From: Promethearchaeota archaeon | GTDB taxonomy: Archaea; Asgardarchaeota; Lokiarchaeia; Sigyniarchaeales; Promethearchaeaceae | Length of the DNA stretch: 32,000 bases | Direction: 5' to 3' | NCBI GenBank assembly: GCA_016933055.1 | Contig: JAFGBS010000027.1 | Location: 111,072 to 143,071, forward strand | In this document: piece by piece, positions 9,162-17,374 of the stretch | Numbering within the stretch: the stretch's first letter is position 1 | Layout: each line of letters begins with the position of its first letter | Notes under the pieces: generated by a model | Seen by the model: the letters and a program-made list of their open reading frames with translations, nothing else | Told to the model about the DNA's origin: nothing | Databases searched by the model: none | Made by a program: the position numbers and the translations under genes

Positions 9162-11942
9162 ATGGCAATAGACTGGGATAAATATTCTTTAAAAATAAAT
9201 GGTGAACGAGTATTTTTAATTGGTGGAGAATTTCATTATTGGAGACTCCCAGATAAAGAACGGTGGGATTATATACTAAAATCATATAAAGGTGCAGGAC
9301 TAAATTGTGTGAGGATCTATTTTCATTGGGGTTTTCATAATCCGGCAGAGGATGTGTTCATCTTCCATGGAAATCGTGATATAAACTATTTATTGAAGTT
9401 ATGCGAGGAAATTGGATTATATGTGTTTGTTGCAGCGGGTCCTTATATTTGTGCGGAAACCAATGCGGGGGGATTTCCCACTTGGATGATTCAAAAGCAA
9501 AATGTCCGAGTTCGACATATGAAAAGCACGCTCCATCAAGAATACGATCCGAAATATATGGAATATTGTAAAAAATGGTATGAAAAATTTATCCCAGAAA
9601 TTAAAGCCCATCAATTAACAGAAAATAATCCAGACGGTTGTATTATTGGATTTCAAATAGAAAACGAATATCCAGAAAAAGCCTATGGTATTAAAAGCTT
9701 ACCTAGATACATGGAAGAGTTGAAACAATATGCTGAAGAATTTGGTATAGTAGTCCCAATTTATCACAATGATTTTATCGAATTAGGATCTTGGAATGGA
9801 TTGGTTGACTTATATGGTTACGATAAATATGTTATTTTTGCCGATAAGCATCCAAAATCCCTTCCATTAAAATCATGGTCACCTAAGAGTTTTATGAAAG
9901 CGGTTGATTCCTCTGAGAAAAAAATACGTGAGCTGGGACCCCCTGCTTCTAACGGTCCTCTTTTCATACCAGAACTACAAGGAGGTTGGTATAATCACTG
10001 GACGATTCTTTACGGGTATGATGAACTATATACTTATTTTGGACCCACTTATCAGAAAGTCTTATGTCAAAGTTTCTTAGCGCAAGGAGTTACTGCAATG
10101 AGTCTTTACATGTTCTACGGTGGAACAAATTATGGAAGTATCGGAAATCCGGAAGTCTATACTAGTTATGACTATTCTGCATGTATTCGGGAATATGGAT
10201 ATCAATCAGATCGAATGCGGCATTTTCGCCTATTTTCCCTATTCACTCGTAGTTTCAATGACTCCCTTACTGAAACTAATCCTATCGATAAAATCGATAT
10301 TTATTGTTCACAAAAGGATATTCTTTACAAGCAAAGAAGATCTTTGAATGGCACTGATTTCTATTTCTTCCGCAATTTTAATGAACATAAACAAGAATTT
10401 ACTATCGAATTAGATGATGGCACCGTGGTACCCAAATTGCAGAAACAACATCTAGAGTATAAAGACGGATTTATTGCAGTTGGAAATCACAAACTAAATG
10501 AGAACTTCACGATTAAATTTTGCTCACTTCCGATCATTCTCAAAAGTAAGTTTCGAGATGGAACTTTATTGGTTGTGTACCAGAACGGCGGGGAATTGAT
10601 ATTGGAAGGTACGGGGTTCCGTTCTAAATATATCAATCAAATCGAAGCCGAAAATTTCACTCGATTTTGGTTTGTGAACCGTGGGTATGATACAATCACC
10701 TCGGATACTGGTCATAAGCTGTATATTGTGTGTCTGGATGAAGATCACGCCTTGAGTTTTAATAGTAACTTATCAGATAGTAATTTTCGAGGAATGTGGG
10801 GGGCGTACTCATCGTTCTTCCAAAATAATGGAAGTGTAGAAATTGAAATCTTCAAGAATGAAGAAACTGTACTTTTATGCGAGAAAGATGAGGTACCTTT
10901 ATTCCAGTCTACATCATTATATAATATTCCAGGAGTTCATACTTCACGATTTGATGATAATCCACAAGTGAGTATAACCTCCTTAAAAGGATGGAAAAAA
11001 AAGAAAACACAATGGGAGTACATTGATGATTCTGAAATTTGGAGACCCATTATTATAGAAGCCCATGACCCTCTCAATTACGGATTTACATCGGGACACA
11101 TCCTATATAAATGTGAATTTACCCCAAAATCTTATAATAATCTGCAACTGAAATTAAATGCTAGACATAAAGCTGCAATTTGGTTGAATGGCTCCTTTGT
11201 TGGAGGTCTTGCGAATTACACAGCGAAAACCCAATCCGTATTCAAACCAGGTCCTATGAATGGTCCAGATTTAAAATTTTTAGGAGCAAAGACATTCGAC
11301 TTAACGCCCTACCTTACTCATGATAAGAATGTCCTATTCATTATCACGGAATCCTTGGGTCAATCAAAACATTTCTTTCCCACTAATGATTCAAAAAATC
11401 CACGTGGAATTCTTAATGCAAAATTTTCGAAGCAAGTTTTAAACAAACGATGGTATATCTCAGGGATTAATGTTACTAATTTGTCCGATCCCTTCGATAC
11501 TGCAGGATTACCTGGTGAGAAACGAAACTACCATATAAACTCGAATGGAAATGATTGGAAATCCGTAGGTACATGGAAGATTTTGCCCGAAGATCAGATT
11601 GTGTGGTATTCGACTACTTTTGGTTTAGATTTAATAAAAAATGAGCGAATTCCACTTCGTGTACATATTGAGGGGAAGCACAATTGTTCCATTTATCTAA
11701 ACGGTCATTGTATTGGACGTTATTGGGGTGGTGCTGGTCCTCAGAATGACTTCTATCTTATGGATTCACTTTTGCGAGTTAAGAATACTTTGACATTAGC
11801 TTGCTGGACTTCAATTCCTGATGAAATTAAGATAGTTATCGAACCCTATAACATTGATTCTAATAGTGGGAATATAAAGAAAAACGGAAAACCACGAGAT
11901 GTTGAGATATTTAAAACAAAGACTAAAGAAATTTTCTTCTAA
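9162..11942 (+). CDS. Glycoside hydrolase family 35 (beta-galactosidase-like), no signal peptide
   Basis: GGEFHYWRLP, GPYICAE, acid/base QIENEY, nucleophile FIPELQGGW, YMFYGGTNYG and YTSYDY motifs, plus C-terminal beta-sandwich domains. Confidence 0.9.
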   Translation: MAIDWDKYSLKINGERVFLIGGEFHYWRLPDKERWDYILKSYKGAGLNCVRIYFHWGFHNPAEDVFIFHGNRDINYLLKLCEEIGLYVFVAAGPYICAETNAGGFPTWMIQKQNVRVRHMKSTLHQEYDPKYMEYCKKWYEKFIPEIKAHQLTENNPDGCIIGFQIENEYPEKAYGIKSLPRYMEELKQYAEEFGIVVPIYHNDFIELGSWNGLVDLYGYDKYVIFADKHPKSLPLKSWSPKSFMKAVDSSEKKIRELGPPASNGPLFIPELQGGWYNHWTILYGYDELYTYFGPTYQKVLCQSFLAQGVTAMSLYMFYGGTNYGSIGNPEVYTSYDYSACIREYGYQSDRMRHFRLFSLFTRSFNDSLTETNPIDKIDIYCSQKDILYKQRRSLNGTDFYFFRNFNEHKQEFTIELDDGTVVPKLQKQHLEYKDGFIAVGNHKLNENFTIKFCSLPIILKSKFRDGTLLVVYQNGGELILEGTGFRSKYINQIEAENFTRFWFVNRGYDTITSDTGHKLYIVCLDEDHALSFNSNLSDSNFRGMWGAYSSFFQNNGSVEIEIFKNEETVLLCEKDEVPLFQSTSLYNIPGVHTSRFDDNPQVSITSLKGWKKKKTQWEYIDDSEIWRPIIIEAHDPLNYGFTSGHILYKCEFTPKSYNNLQLKLNARHKAAIWLNGSFVGGLANYTAKTQSVFKPGPMNGPDLKFLGAKTFDLTPYLTHDKNVLFIITESLGQSKHFFPTNDSKNPRGILNAKFSKQVLNKRWYISGINVTNLSDPFDTAGLPGEKRNYHINSNGNDWKSVGTWKILPEDQIVWYSTTFGLDLIKNERIPLRVHIEGKHNCSIYLNGHCIGRYWGGAGPQNDFYLMDSLLRVKNTLTLACWTSIPDEIKIVIEPYNIDSNSGNIKKNGKPRDVEIFKTKTKEIFF

Positions 11943-12080
11943 AATTTTACTTATCCCTTAATCTCGCAAAAGAAGGAAGATATCTGATAATATCTGGATT
12001 TTTCAATATTTTAATAACGTTCTGAACTTCGATCTAATGGAGAACTTTATTATTCTAAATATATTGAAAAATGAACAAAC

Positions 12081-12734
12081 ATGAGTCAACAACAACAAGC
12101 ACCGCAAAACGATGTTGAACATCATCTGTACAATTTGGGTCGATATTTACGGGATCTCGCGACTTGGACATGGCTATCCATCTTCTTTTTCTGGTTGATT
12201 TTCCCATTGGTATTTCTTATCAAGCGAAAAATTCAGTTTCTGATTGAAATGGATAAATTAAATCGGAAAATAAAAGATTATGACCTCGAACGGGCATTTC
12301 TTTTCCAGATTATTGGGTTAATCGTGACGGTTGTTGCATTTTTTGTAGGGTGGGTCTTTCTCATCATTTCTTATGATGCCTTAGAGAAATGGGGGAAACG
12401 GTATGCTAACGAACATCCCAGTAATAATATGGTACAGTTCGTTAGCGGGATGAGAACAACGAAAATGGGCTTAATTTTTTCCCCAATAGTGATAGGATTG
12501 TTTATCGTTCCAGTAGGCATGAAACGAGCTGGAAATGCTTTAATGGTGATATTTGGAGGACAAACATACTCAATTCAAAACGGAAAAGAAAATACTACAG
12601 CTTCTTCATCATCATCTGAAATCGAACTATTTCGCCAAGAGGTCACAGGATATCGTCCGAAATTCTGTCTATCTTGCGGGAACCCGGTAGAAGAAGATCT
12701 AAAATTCTGTAAAAATTGTGGCACACCCTTATAG
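12081..12734 (+). CDS. Membrane protein with C-terminal zinc ribbon
   Basis: Three hydrophobic segments; ends in KFCLSCGNPVEEDLKFCKNCGTPL (CxxC...CxxC). Confidence 0.75.
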   Translation: MSQQQQAPQNDVEHHLYNLGRYLRDLATWTWLSIFFFWLIFPLVFLIKRKIQFLIEMDKLNRKIKDYDLERAFLFQIIGLIVTVVAFFVGWVFLIISYDALEKWGKRYANEHPSNNMVQFVSGMRTTKMGLIFSPIVIGLFIVPVGMKRAGNALMVIFGGQTYSIQNGKENTTASSSSSEIELFRQEVTGYRPKFCLSCGNPVEEDLKFCKNCGTPL

Positions 12735-12896
12735 AAATCCAAGTCATATTTTTATTCAAGTTTACGAGAAAGTGTGCTATATGATGATTTTAGTTTATAG
12801 TTCGAAGAATCTATTACACACGTGTAAATAAAAAATTCATTCAGATTGATTTATCTTACCACACCAAATTACTCTTTCTATTTCTAGGCACATCTT

Positions 12897-12930
12897 GAGT
12901 TGGGCAATTTTTGCCCACTCGTTTTTTTTT
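12897..12930 (+). terminator. Hairpin plus T-tract, intrinsic-terminator-like
   Basis: GAGT(T)GGGCAA-TTT-TTGCCCACTC forms a 10-bp stem with one bulge, followed by G and nine T. It lies between convergent genes. Confidence 0.5.
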
Positions 12931-12948
12931 CTTTCTCATCATTATTTA

Positions 12949-13167
12949 TTAGTGAAAACTGGTGTTTTGATTACTTTGAACACTTTTTATTTTATAGAAA
13001 TTATCCACTTCTAAATCTTCGTTCAACTGCTTTTCGTTCTCAAGAAATTCCTTTAATGCTTCTCTAACAATCTCTGATCGACTATTAAATAATCCTAATT
13101 TAATTAAACTTTCAAACGCAGTAATGTATGCGTCTGGTATATTGATGGTCACAATTTGTTTTTTCAT
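12949..13167 (-). CDS. Ribbon-helix-helix (CopG/Arc/MetJ) transcriptional regulator
   Basis: IVTINIP strand followed by helices and the G-x-F-x-SRSEIVREALKEFL signature. Confidence 0.85.
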   Translation of the reverse strand: MKKQIVTINIPDAYITAFESLIKLGLFNSRSEIVREALKEFLENEKQLNEDLEVDNFYKIKSVQSNQNTSFH

Positions 13168-13176
13168 ATTTGCGGT

Positions 13177-13182
13177 TCACCT
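13177..13182 (-). promoter_or_regulatory. Shine-Dalgarno-like AGGTGA upstream of the RHH gene
   Basis: Minus strand reads AAAGGTGAACCGCAAATATG, with 9 nt spacing to the ATG. Confidence 0.5.
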
Positions 13183-13518
13183 TTGTTTGTATAAAATTGA
13201 ATTCTTAAGAGAACTTCTGCATGAATACGATTTATTACCCGCCCCTCACGGGCTAATTTAAACCCTATTTCTGTATTGAAGACTTCTTAAGGATAATTCA
13301 CTACACCATAATTTTTGTCGCAGAGTATTTAAAATTACTTGTGAATGTGTCTTAACCAGTTAATATTGGAGTAATATCTCTATAGAAGTCTATAGTTCTT
13401 TCGAGAATAATAAATGTTTTATAATTATAACTTGATTTTTCATTTATAAAGCCCCATCACTGCTGTTGTTTGGTATTCAAAAGATAAAATTATTGTTAAT
13501 TCTAAACTTAATATTGTT

Positions 13519-14133
13519 GTGAATCCGAAAAATAAAAGTCCTGAAACATCTCATTCGTCGGTACGGGAATATTTCCAAGGGGATACACTGAAATCCTATA
13601 CTCATTCGAAATCTATGATGCACATTCAAGAAAAAATGACCTTACGCATACTTCAGCTTTCTGGTGCGGAACCACCTGCCTTAATATTAGATTTAGGAAT
13701 GGGGGCGGGATTTTCTAGTGTCCCCTTGTACATGCGTGGATTCACAATAATTGGAATGGAATTACTTTGGAAAATGCTAATAGAATATCCTATTTCTGAA
13801 CTCAATCCAATAGCGGGAAATATGATGCATTTAGTTTTTCGAGAGAATTTATTTGATTACATATTCTCGGTATCCGCATTTCAATGGACCTATCGTCATA
13901 AAGGTAGTTTTGAACTGATACGGTTTGATGAATTTGCCAAATCACTTAATATGATTTTAAAAATAAAGGGTGTATTAGTTTTCCAACTCTATGAATCTTC
14001 AGAATCAATCTTAGATATGATTTATTCTGTATTTATTCGACATGGATTTTCAGGGAAATATATCCTTGATAATCCACAATCCAAAAAGAAAAGAAAAACC
14101 TATCTTTATCTTCGCAAAGTAAAATCTATATAA
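13519..14133 (+). CDS. Class I SAM-dependent methyltransferase, Bud23/WBSCR22-like (paralog A)
   Basis: GTG start. SPE...Y...HIQEKMTLR, LDLGMGAGFS, FRENLFD, SVSAFQW, FQLY and GFSGKYILDNPQSKKKRKTYLYL are collinear with remembered yeast Bud23 motifs (RPE, HIQAKMTLR, SISAIQW, QFY, GFSGGLVVDDPESKKNKKYYLVL). Confidence 0.8.
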   Translation: MNPKNKSPETSHSSVREYFQGDTLKSYTHSKSMMHIQEKMTLRILQLSGAEPPALILDLGMGAGFSSVPLYMRGFTIIGMELLWKMLIEYPISELNPIAGNMMHLVFRENLFDYIFSVSAFQWTYRHKGSFELIRFDEFAKSLNMILKIKGVLVFQLYESSESILDMIYSVFIRHGFSGKYILDNPQSKKKRKTYLYLRKVKSI

Positions 14134-14148
14134 ATAAGGTATTATACC

Positions 14149-14787
14149 ATGCCGAAAAAGGAATCACTGGATCGAGATTATTACTTCGGAGAAAGAGCGG
14201 AATTTTACGCAAAATCTAAATGGATGGCGCGGAACCAAATTAAATCTACCCGGAGGGCACTGGAACTACTGGAAAATGAAAAAATCGGTGGAATTATTGC
14301 CATGGAACCTCATAATATGTTAATATTAGACATAGGATGTGGTTCTGGTTTTAGTACACAAATGATAGAAATGAATGGTTTTCAAACAATAGGAATAGAT
14401 AACTCTTTTGATATGTTAGAACAAAATCGGAAGACATCTCTTCCTATAAGCAGAAATGTAGTATGTGGAATAATTGAAAAACTCCCCTTTCGAAACAACT
14501 TATTTGATGCAATGATAAGTATATCAGCATTTAATTTCATCTTGGAACATGTTTCATTACATAATAAAAAAGATCTCTTAAAACTGGTTGCCATTCAAAT
14601 CTCAAATTTGTCGAAAGATCACGGAAGGGTAGTTATCGAGTTTTATCCAAAAAAAGAAGAAATCCCACTTTATATGGAGGCATTTAAACAATTTTTTGAG
14701 GGTGGCTTGGTAATAGATAATCCAAATCAGCGGAAAGAACAGAAATTTCTTATATTAAAAATAAAAAAAAATAATGAAATATTTTGA
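14149..14787 (+). CDS. Class I SAM-dependent methyltransferase, Bud23/WBSCR22-like (paralog B)
   Basis: RRALELL, ILDIGCGSGFS, GIDNS, PFRNNLFDAMISISAF, EFYPK and FEGGLVIDNP are collinear with Bud23 (LRALELL, ILDIGCGSGLS, PFRAGSFDAAISISAI, QFYPK, FSGGLVVDDP). Confidence 0.8.
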   Translation: MPKKESLDRDYYFGERAEFYAKSKWMARNQIKSTRRALELLENEKIGGIIAMEPHNMLILDIGCGSGFSTQMIEMNGFQTIGIDNSFDMLEQNRKTSLPISRNVVCGIIEKLPFRNNLFDAMISISAFNFILEHVSLHNKKDLLKLVAIQISNLSKDHGRVVIEFYPKKEEIPLYMEAFKQFFEGGLVIDNPNQRKEQKFLILKIKKNNEIF

Positions 14788-14918
14788 ATTTCGAACTTAT
14801 TTTTATTGGAAGTTCTCGACAAAAACTCCTCCAATCAAAAATTTTTTAATTTATGCGTAATTAGGGGCATATCATACTATTAGTACTCCATGGCAAATAC
14901 TTGAGCTCCATGGTGTGA

Positions 14919-15251
14919 ATGTTAAGGAAGCGATTTAAAATAATTCAAAAAGCACGTGTAAGATTAATGAGCGCAAACTTGTCTGATCTTCAAAAAGTCT
15001 CAGATGAGATTGCCCAAGTTGTAGAAAAAACTCAAGACAAAATGTACGGTCCTATTCGCCTACCCACTAAAAGACTGCGCTTAACGACCCGAAAATCTCC
15101 TTGTGGTGAAGGAACGAACACTTGGGAGCATTATGAAATGCGTATACATAAAAGGATCATCGATGTCTTAGCACAAGATAGATCGATGCTTTTAATTATG
15201 AAAATAAAGATTCCCGAATCAGTTATAGTTGAAATTGAGCTGATGGAGTAA
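14919..15251 (+). CDS. rps10: 30S ribosomal protein uS10 (S10p)
   Basis: QKARVRL...GPIRLPTKRL...TRKSPCGEGTNTWEHYEMRIHKRIID. The exact start is uncertain (ATG 14919 or ATT 14943). Confidence 0.97.
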   Translation: MLRKRFKIIQKARVRLMSANLSDLQKVSDEIAQVVEKTQDKMYGPIRLPTKRLRLTTRKSPCGEGTNTWEHYEMRIHKRIIDVLAQDRSMLLIMKIKIPESVIVEIELME

Positions 15252-15269
15252 AACGGAGCGAAATAAAAA

Positions 15270-15617
15270 ATGAGTGATGAGTATAGTTCTGAAACAGACG
15301 TTGATAAAATTACTGTGACAACAAAAATCAAGAAATTAGATCGAAAATACGGAAAAGTTACTAATCTTGAAACTAAAGTCCGCGATCCGTTTATTCCTCC
15401 CAGTATTGAAACGAAAATCCGAGAAACGTATATAAAAAATCGTGGATTTACCCCTAATGATGTTGCTATTAAAAATGATATTCGAGTTTCGGCAGCGAAA
15501 AAACTTTTAGAAAAGATGGAAAAAGATGGTTCAATTGAACTCGTGACTTCCACCAGTCGACTAAAAGTTTATAGAGGGACGGCAGCTAAATCCTCGAAAG
15601 ATGCTGAAGAAGAATAA
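15270..15617 (+). CDS. rps25e: 30S ribosomal protein eS25 (S25e)
   Basis: Basic 115-aa winged-helix protein with TPNDVAIKNDIRVSAAKKLLEKMEKDGSIELV...LKVY matching the S25e pattern; 18 nt downstream of rps10. Confidence 0.82.
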   Translation: MSDEYSSETDVDKITVTTKIKKLDRKYGKVTNLETKVRDPFIPPSIETKIRETYIKNRGFTPNDVAIKNDIRVSAAKKLLEKMEKDGSIELVTSTSRLKVYRGTAAKSSKDAEEE

Positions 15618-15666
15618 CAACTTTTTTCTACAATCAAAAACCTTCTTACCTTATTCTAAAGAACAA

Positions 15667-15831
15667 CTACGCTAAAAGCCTTTTTTCCACTACGTCAAGC
15701 ACTTATTAGGTGGAAAAATGGTTTTTTATCGTAGGTGCACCTAAATCCTATAAGCATGGCGTTTTTGACGCTCGGTTGTGAATTACGTTGATTTAACGTT
15801 AACAACCTACCATTTGTAGCCTTAAGGAGTG
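15667..15831 (+). ncRNA. Candidate structured non-coding or cis-regulatory RNA element of unknown class
   Basis: A long imperfect hairpin at 15667-15734, a second hairpin at 15774-15807, and loop-to-downstream complementarity. GC is 69/180 (38%) over 15661-15840 versus 36/150 (24%) over 15841-15990. G-U pairs favour the plus strand. Confidence 0.3.
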
Positions 15832-15999
15832 GGATATATATTGATTACTAAAAATGCAACAGTTATAGATATTTTTTATAGTATTGAATACAATCAGAGA
15901 GATCTTTAAGATATTATTCGACTGTAGAAATAAGTAGCTATTGAAAACAAATACTAATATGTGAATAAATTCGTAGTATAACAACAGGATTGAGTATTG

Positions 16000-17187
16000 A
16001 TGTCTGAATTTTTTAACCAATTACTTGAGAAAGTGAACTTGGAAGAGGGAGTTGAGGGGATTCGCCAAATTTTATTACAAATCTACCGAAATGGTTCTAT
16101 TTCTGTGAAAAAATTATCACGATTGACTCTTATTCCCGTACCTCTTGTATCCAAAATCGTAAATGTCTTGAGTGAACAAAAACTCTTATCTCGTTCGAAA
16201 AACGGCATCCAATACTGGGAACACGGAATGAAATTCGTCGAAAAAGAATTTGGGTTTTTTGGATATGGTACTCAAAAATGTCCTACCTGTAAAAGTCGGC
16301 CAGTGTATGTATCCCCCATGTTTGATGAGATGTTTGAAATCTTAAATTCAATATTTGCAAAACGTCCTTCGGTAGACACAACTTTAGATCAATCCAAAAA
16401 TACTGTCGAAACTGCCATCCAGCGTGCATGTTATCTCTATGAAAAAGGTGCATTGGAGGGTAAACGCGTTCTCTTCATCGGAGATGATGATTTTACGTCA
16501 GTTTGTGTGGGAATGATGTCCAAGATCTTTTTCCCAAATGATCCTTTCATACTCATCCCTAAATCCATTACCGTGATAGATATCGATGCACGAATTGTAG
16601 AAAGTATTCAAACTATCTTTAGAAATAATAAACTGACTATTCAATGTATACAGTACGATCTCCGAGAACCAATACCTTCCGAGTTACTTCACTCATTTGA
16701 TACGATCATCACAGATCCTCCCTACTCTCCAGATGGATTAGGATTATTTCTCTCACGAGCTTTGTCATGTATGGATTCGGGTGTAAATAAGGATATTTTT
16801 TTATCTTTTGCACATCGATCTCCTGATCAAACCATGAAAATACAATCAATTATGACACAAATGGGATTATCGATAGTAGAAATCATACCACGATTTAATA
16901 AATACGAAGGATCAGAGACTTTGGGAAATGAAACACAAATGTTTCACCTAAAGACTACCAGTTTTAGTCAAGAATTGGTTCTGGCTTCTGCTAAGGCAGA
17001 TTTGAAAATCTATACTGGGGAAACTCATCCCTATATCCGTCAATTCCAGTGTATGTCATGTAATGCAATTATTGAAGTCGGACCAGATAAAGAGTATCAA
17101 ACAATTGAAGAATTAAAAGGAGCAACATGTCCGAATTGTAGTAGTAAGAAGTTTAAACTTATCGGACGGAATTTAATCTTACATTAA
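16000..17187 (+). CDS. BpsA-like branched-chain polyamine synthase (COG1568/DUF43 type) with N-terminal HTH and Cys-pair extensions
   Basis: LDQSKNTVET...R, IGDDDFTS, DIDARI, YDLREP and TDPPYSPDGLGLFLSRA motifs. Also an N-terminal HTH-like segment, CPTC and C-terminal CMSC...CPNC. ATG at 16000 follows TTG at 15997. Confidence 0.75.
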   Translation: MSEFFNQLLEKVNLEEGVEGIRQILLQIYRNGSISVKKLSRLTLIPVPLVSKIVNVLSEQKLLSRSKNGIQYWEHGMKFVEKEFGFFGYGTQKCPTCKSRPVYVSPMFDEMFEILNSIFAKRPSVDTTLDQSKNTVETAIQRACYLYEKGALEGKRVLFIGDDDFTSVCVGMMSKIFFPNDPFILIPKSITVIDIDARIVESIQTIFRNNKLTIQCIQYDLREPIPSELLHSFDTIITDPPYSPDGLGLFLSRALSCMDSGVNKDIFLSFAHRSPDQTMKIQSIMTQMGLSIVEIIPRFNKYEGSETLGNETQMFHLKTTSFSQELVLASAKADLKIYTGETHPYIRQFQCMSCNAIIEVGPDKEYQTIEELKGATCPNCSSKKFKLIGRNLILH

Positions 17188-17374
17188 GAATGAGCATATG
17201 ATTTTTATGACTGATAAAACACCCTGACGAGGATTTATCAAGTTATAAGGTTCCAAATGAGGTATAAGATCTAGCATATAAATATAACACGCAAGTTTTT
17301 ATTTTTTATTTATATTTCCTACTAAATCCAATCTTGTTGAGAAATACCAAGATAGATTATGGTGAATTGTAGAA

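Noticed and set aside
11999-12071. Long imperfect AT-rich inverted repeat (TTTTTCAATAT / ATATTGAAAAA with inner arms)
   Set aside because: It is almost entirely A/T pairs with large internal loops; weak and plausible by chance.
15734-15748. GGTGC..TAAATCC resembling part of the SAM-I/spermidine riboswitch core
   Set aside because: There is a 3-nt insertion, and the partner elements (AUCxAGAG, GCAACC, kink-turn P2) are missing.
15799-16020. 73-aa minus-strand ORF
   Set aside because: It arises from AT-rich spacer sequence, overlaps the start of the BpsA-like gene and has implausible composition.
17226-17260. Hammerhead-like core CTGACGA followed by a GGA/TCC stem; also scattered CTGA/ATGA box C/D-like words nearby
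   Set aside because: The required GAAA after stem II reads AAAT, stems I and III are not evident, and there is no proper RUGAUGA C box.
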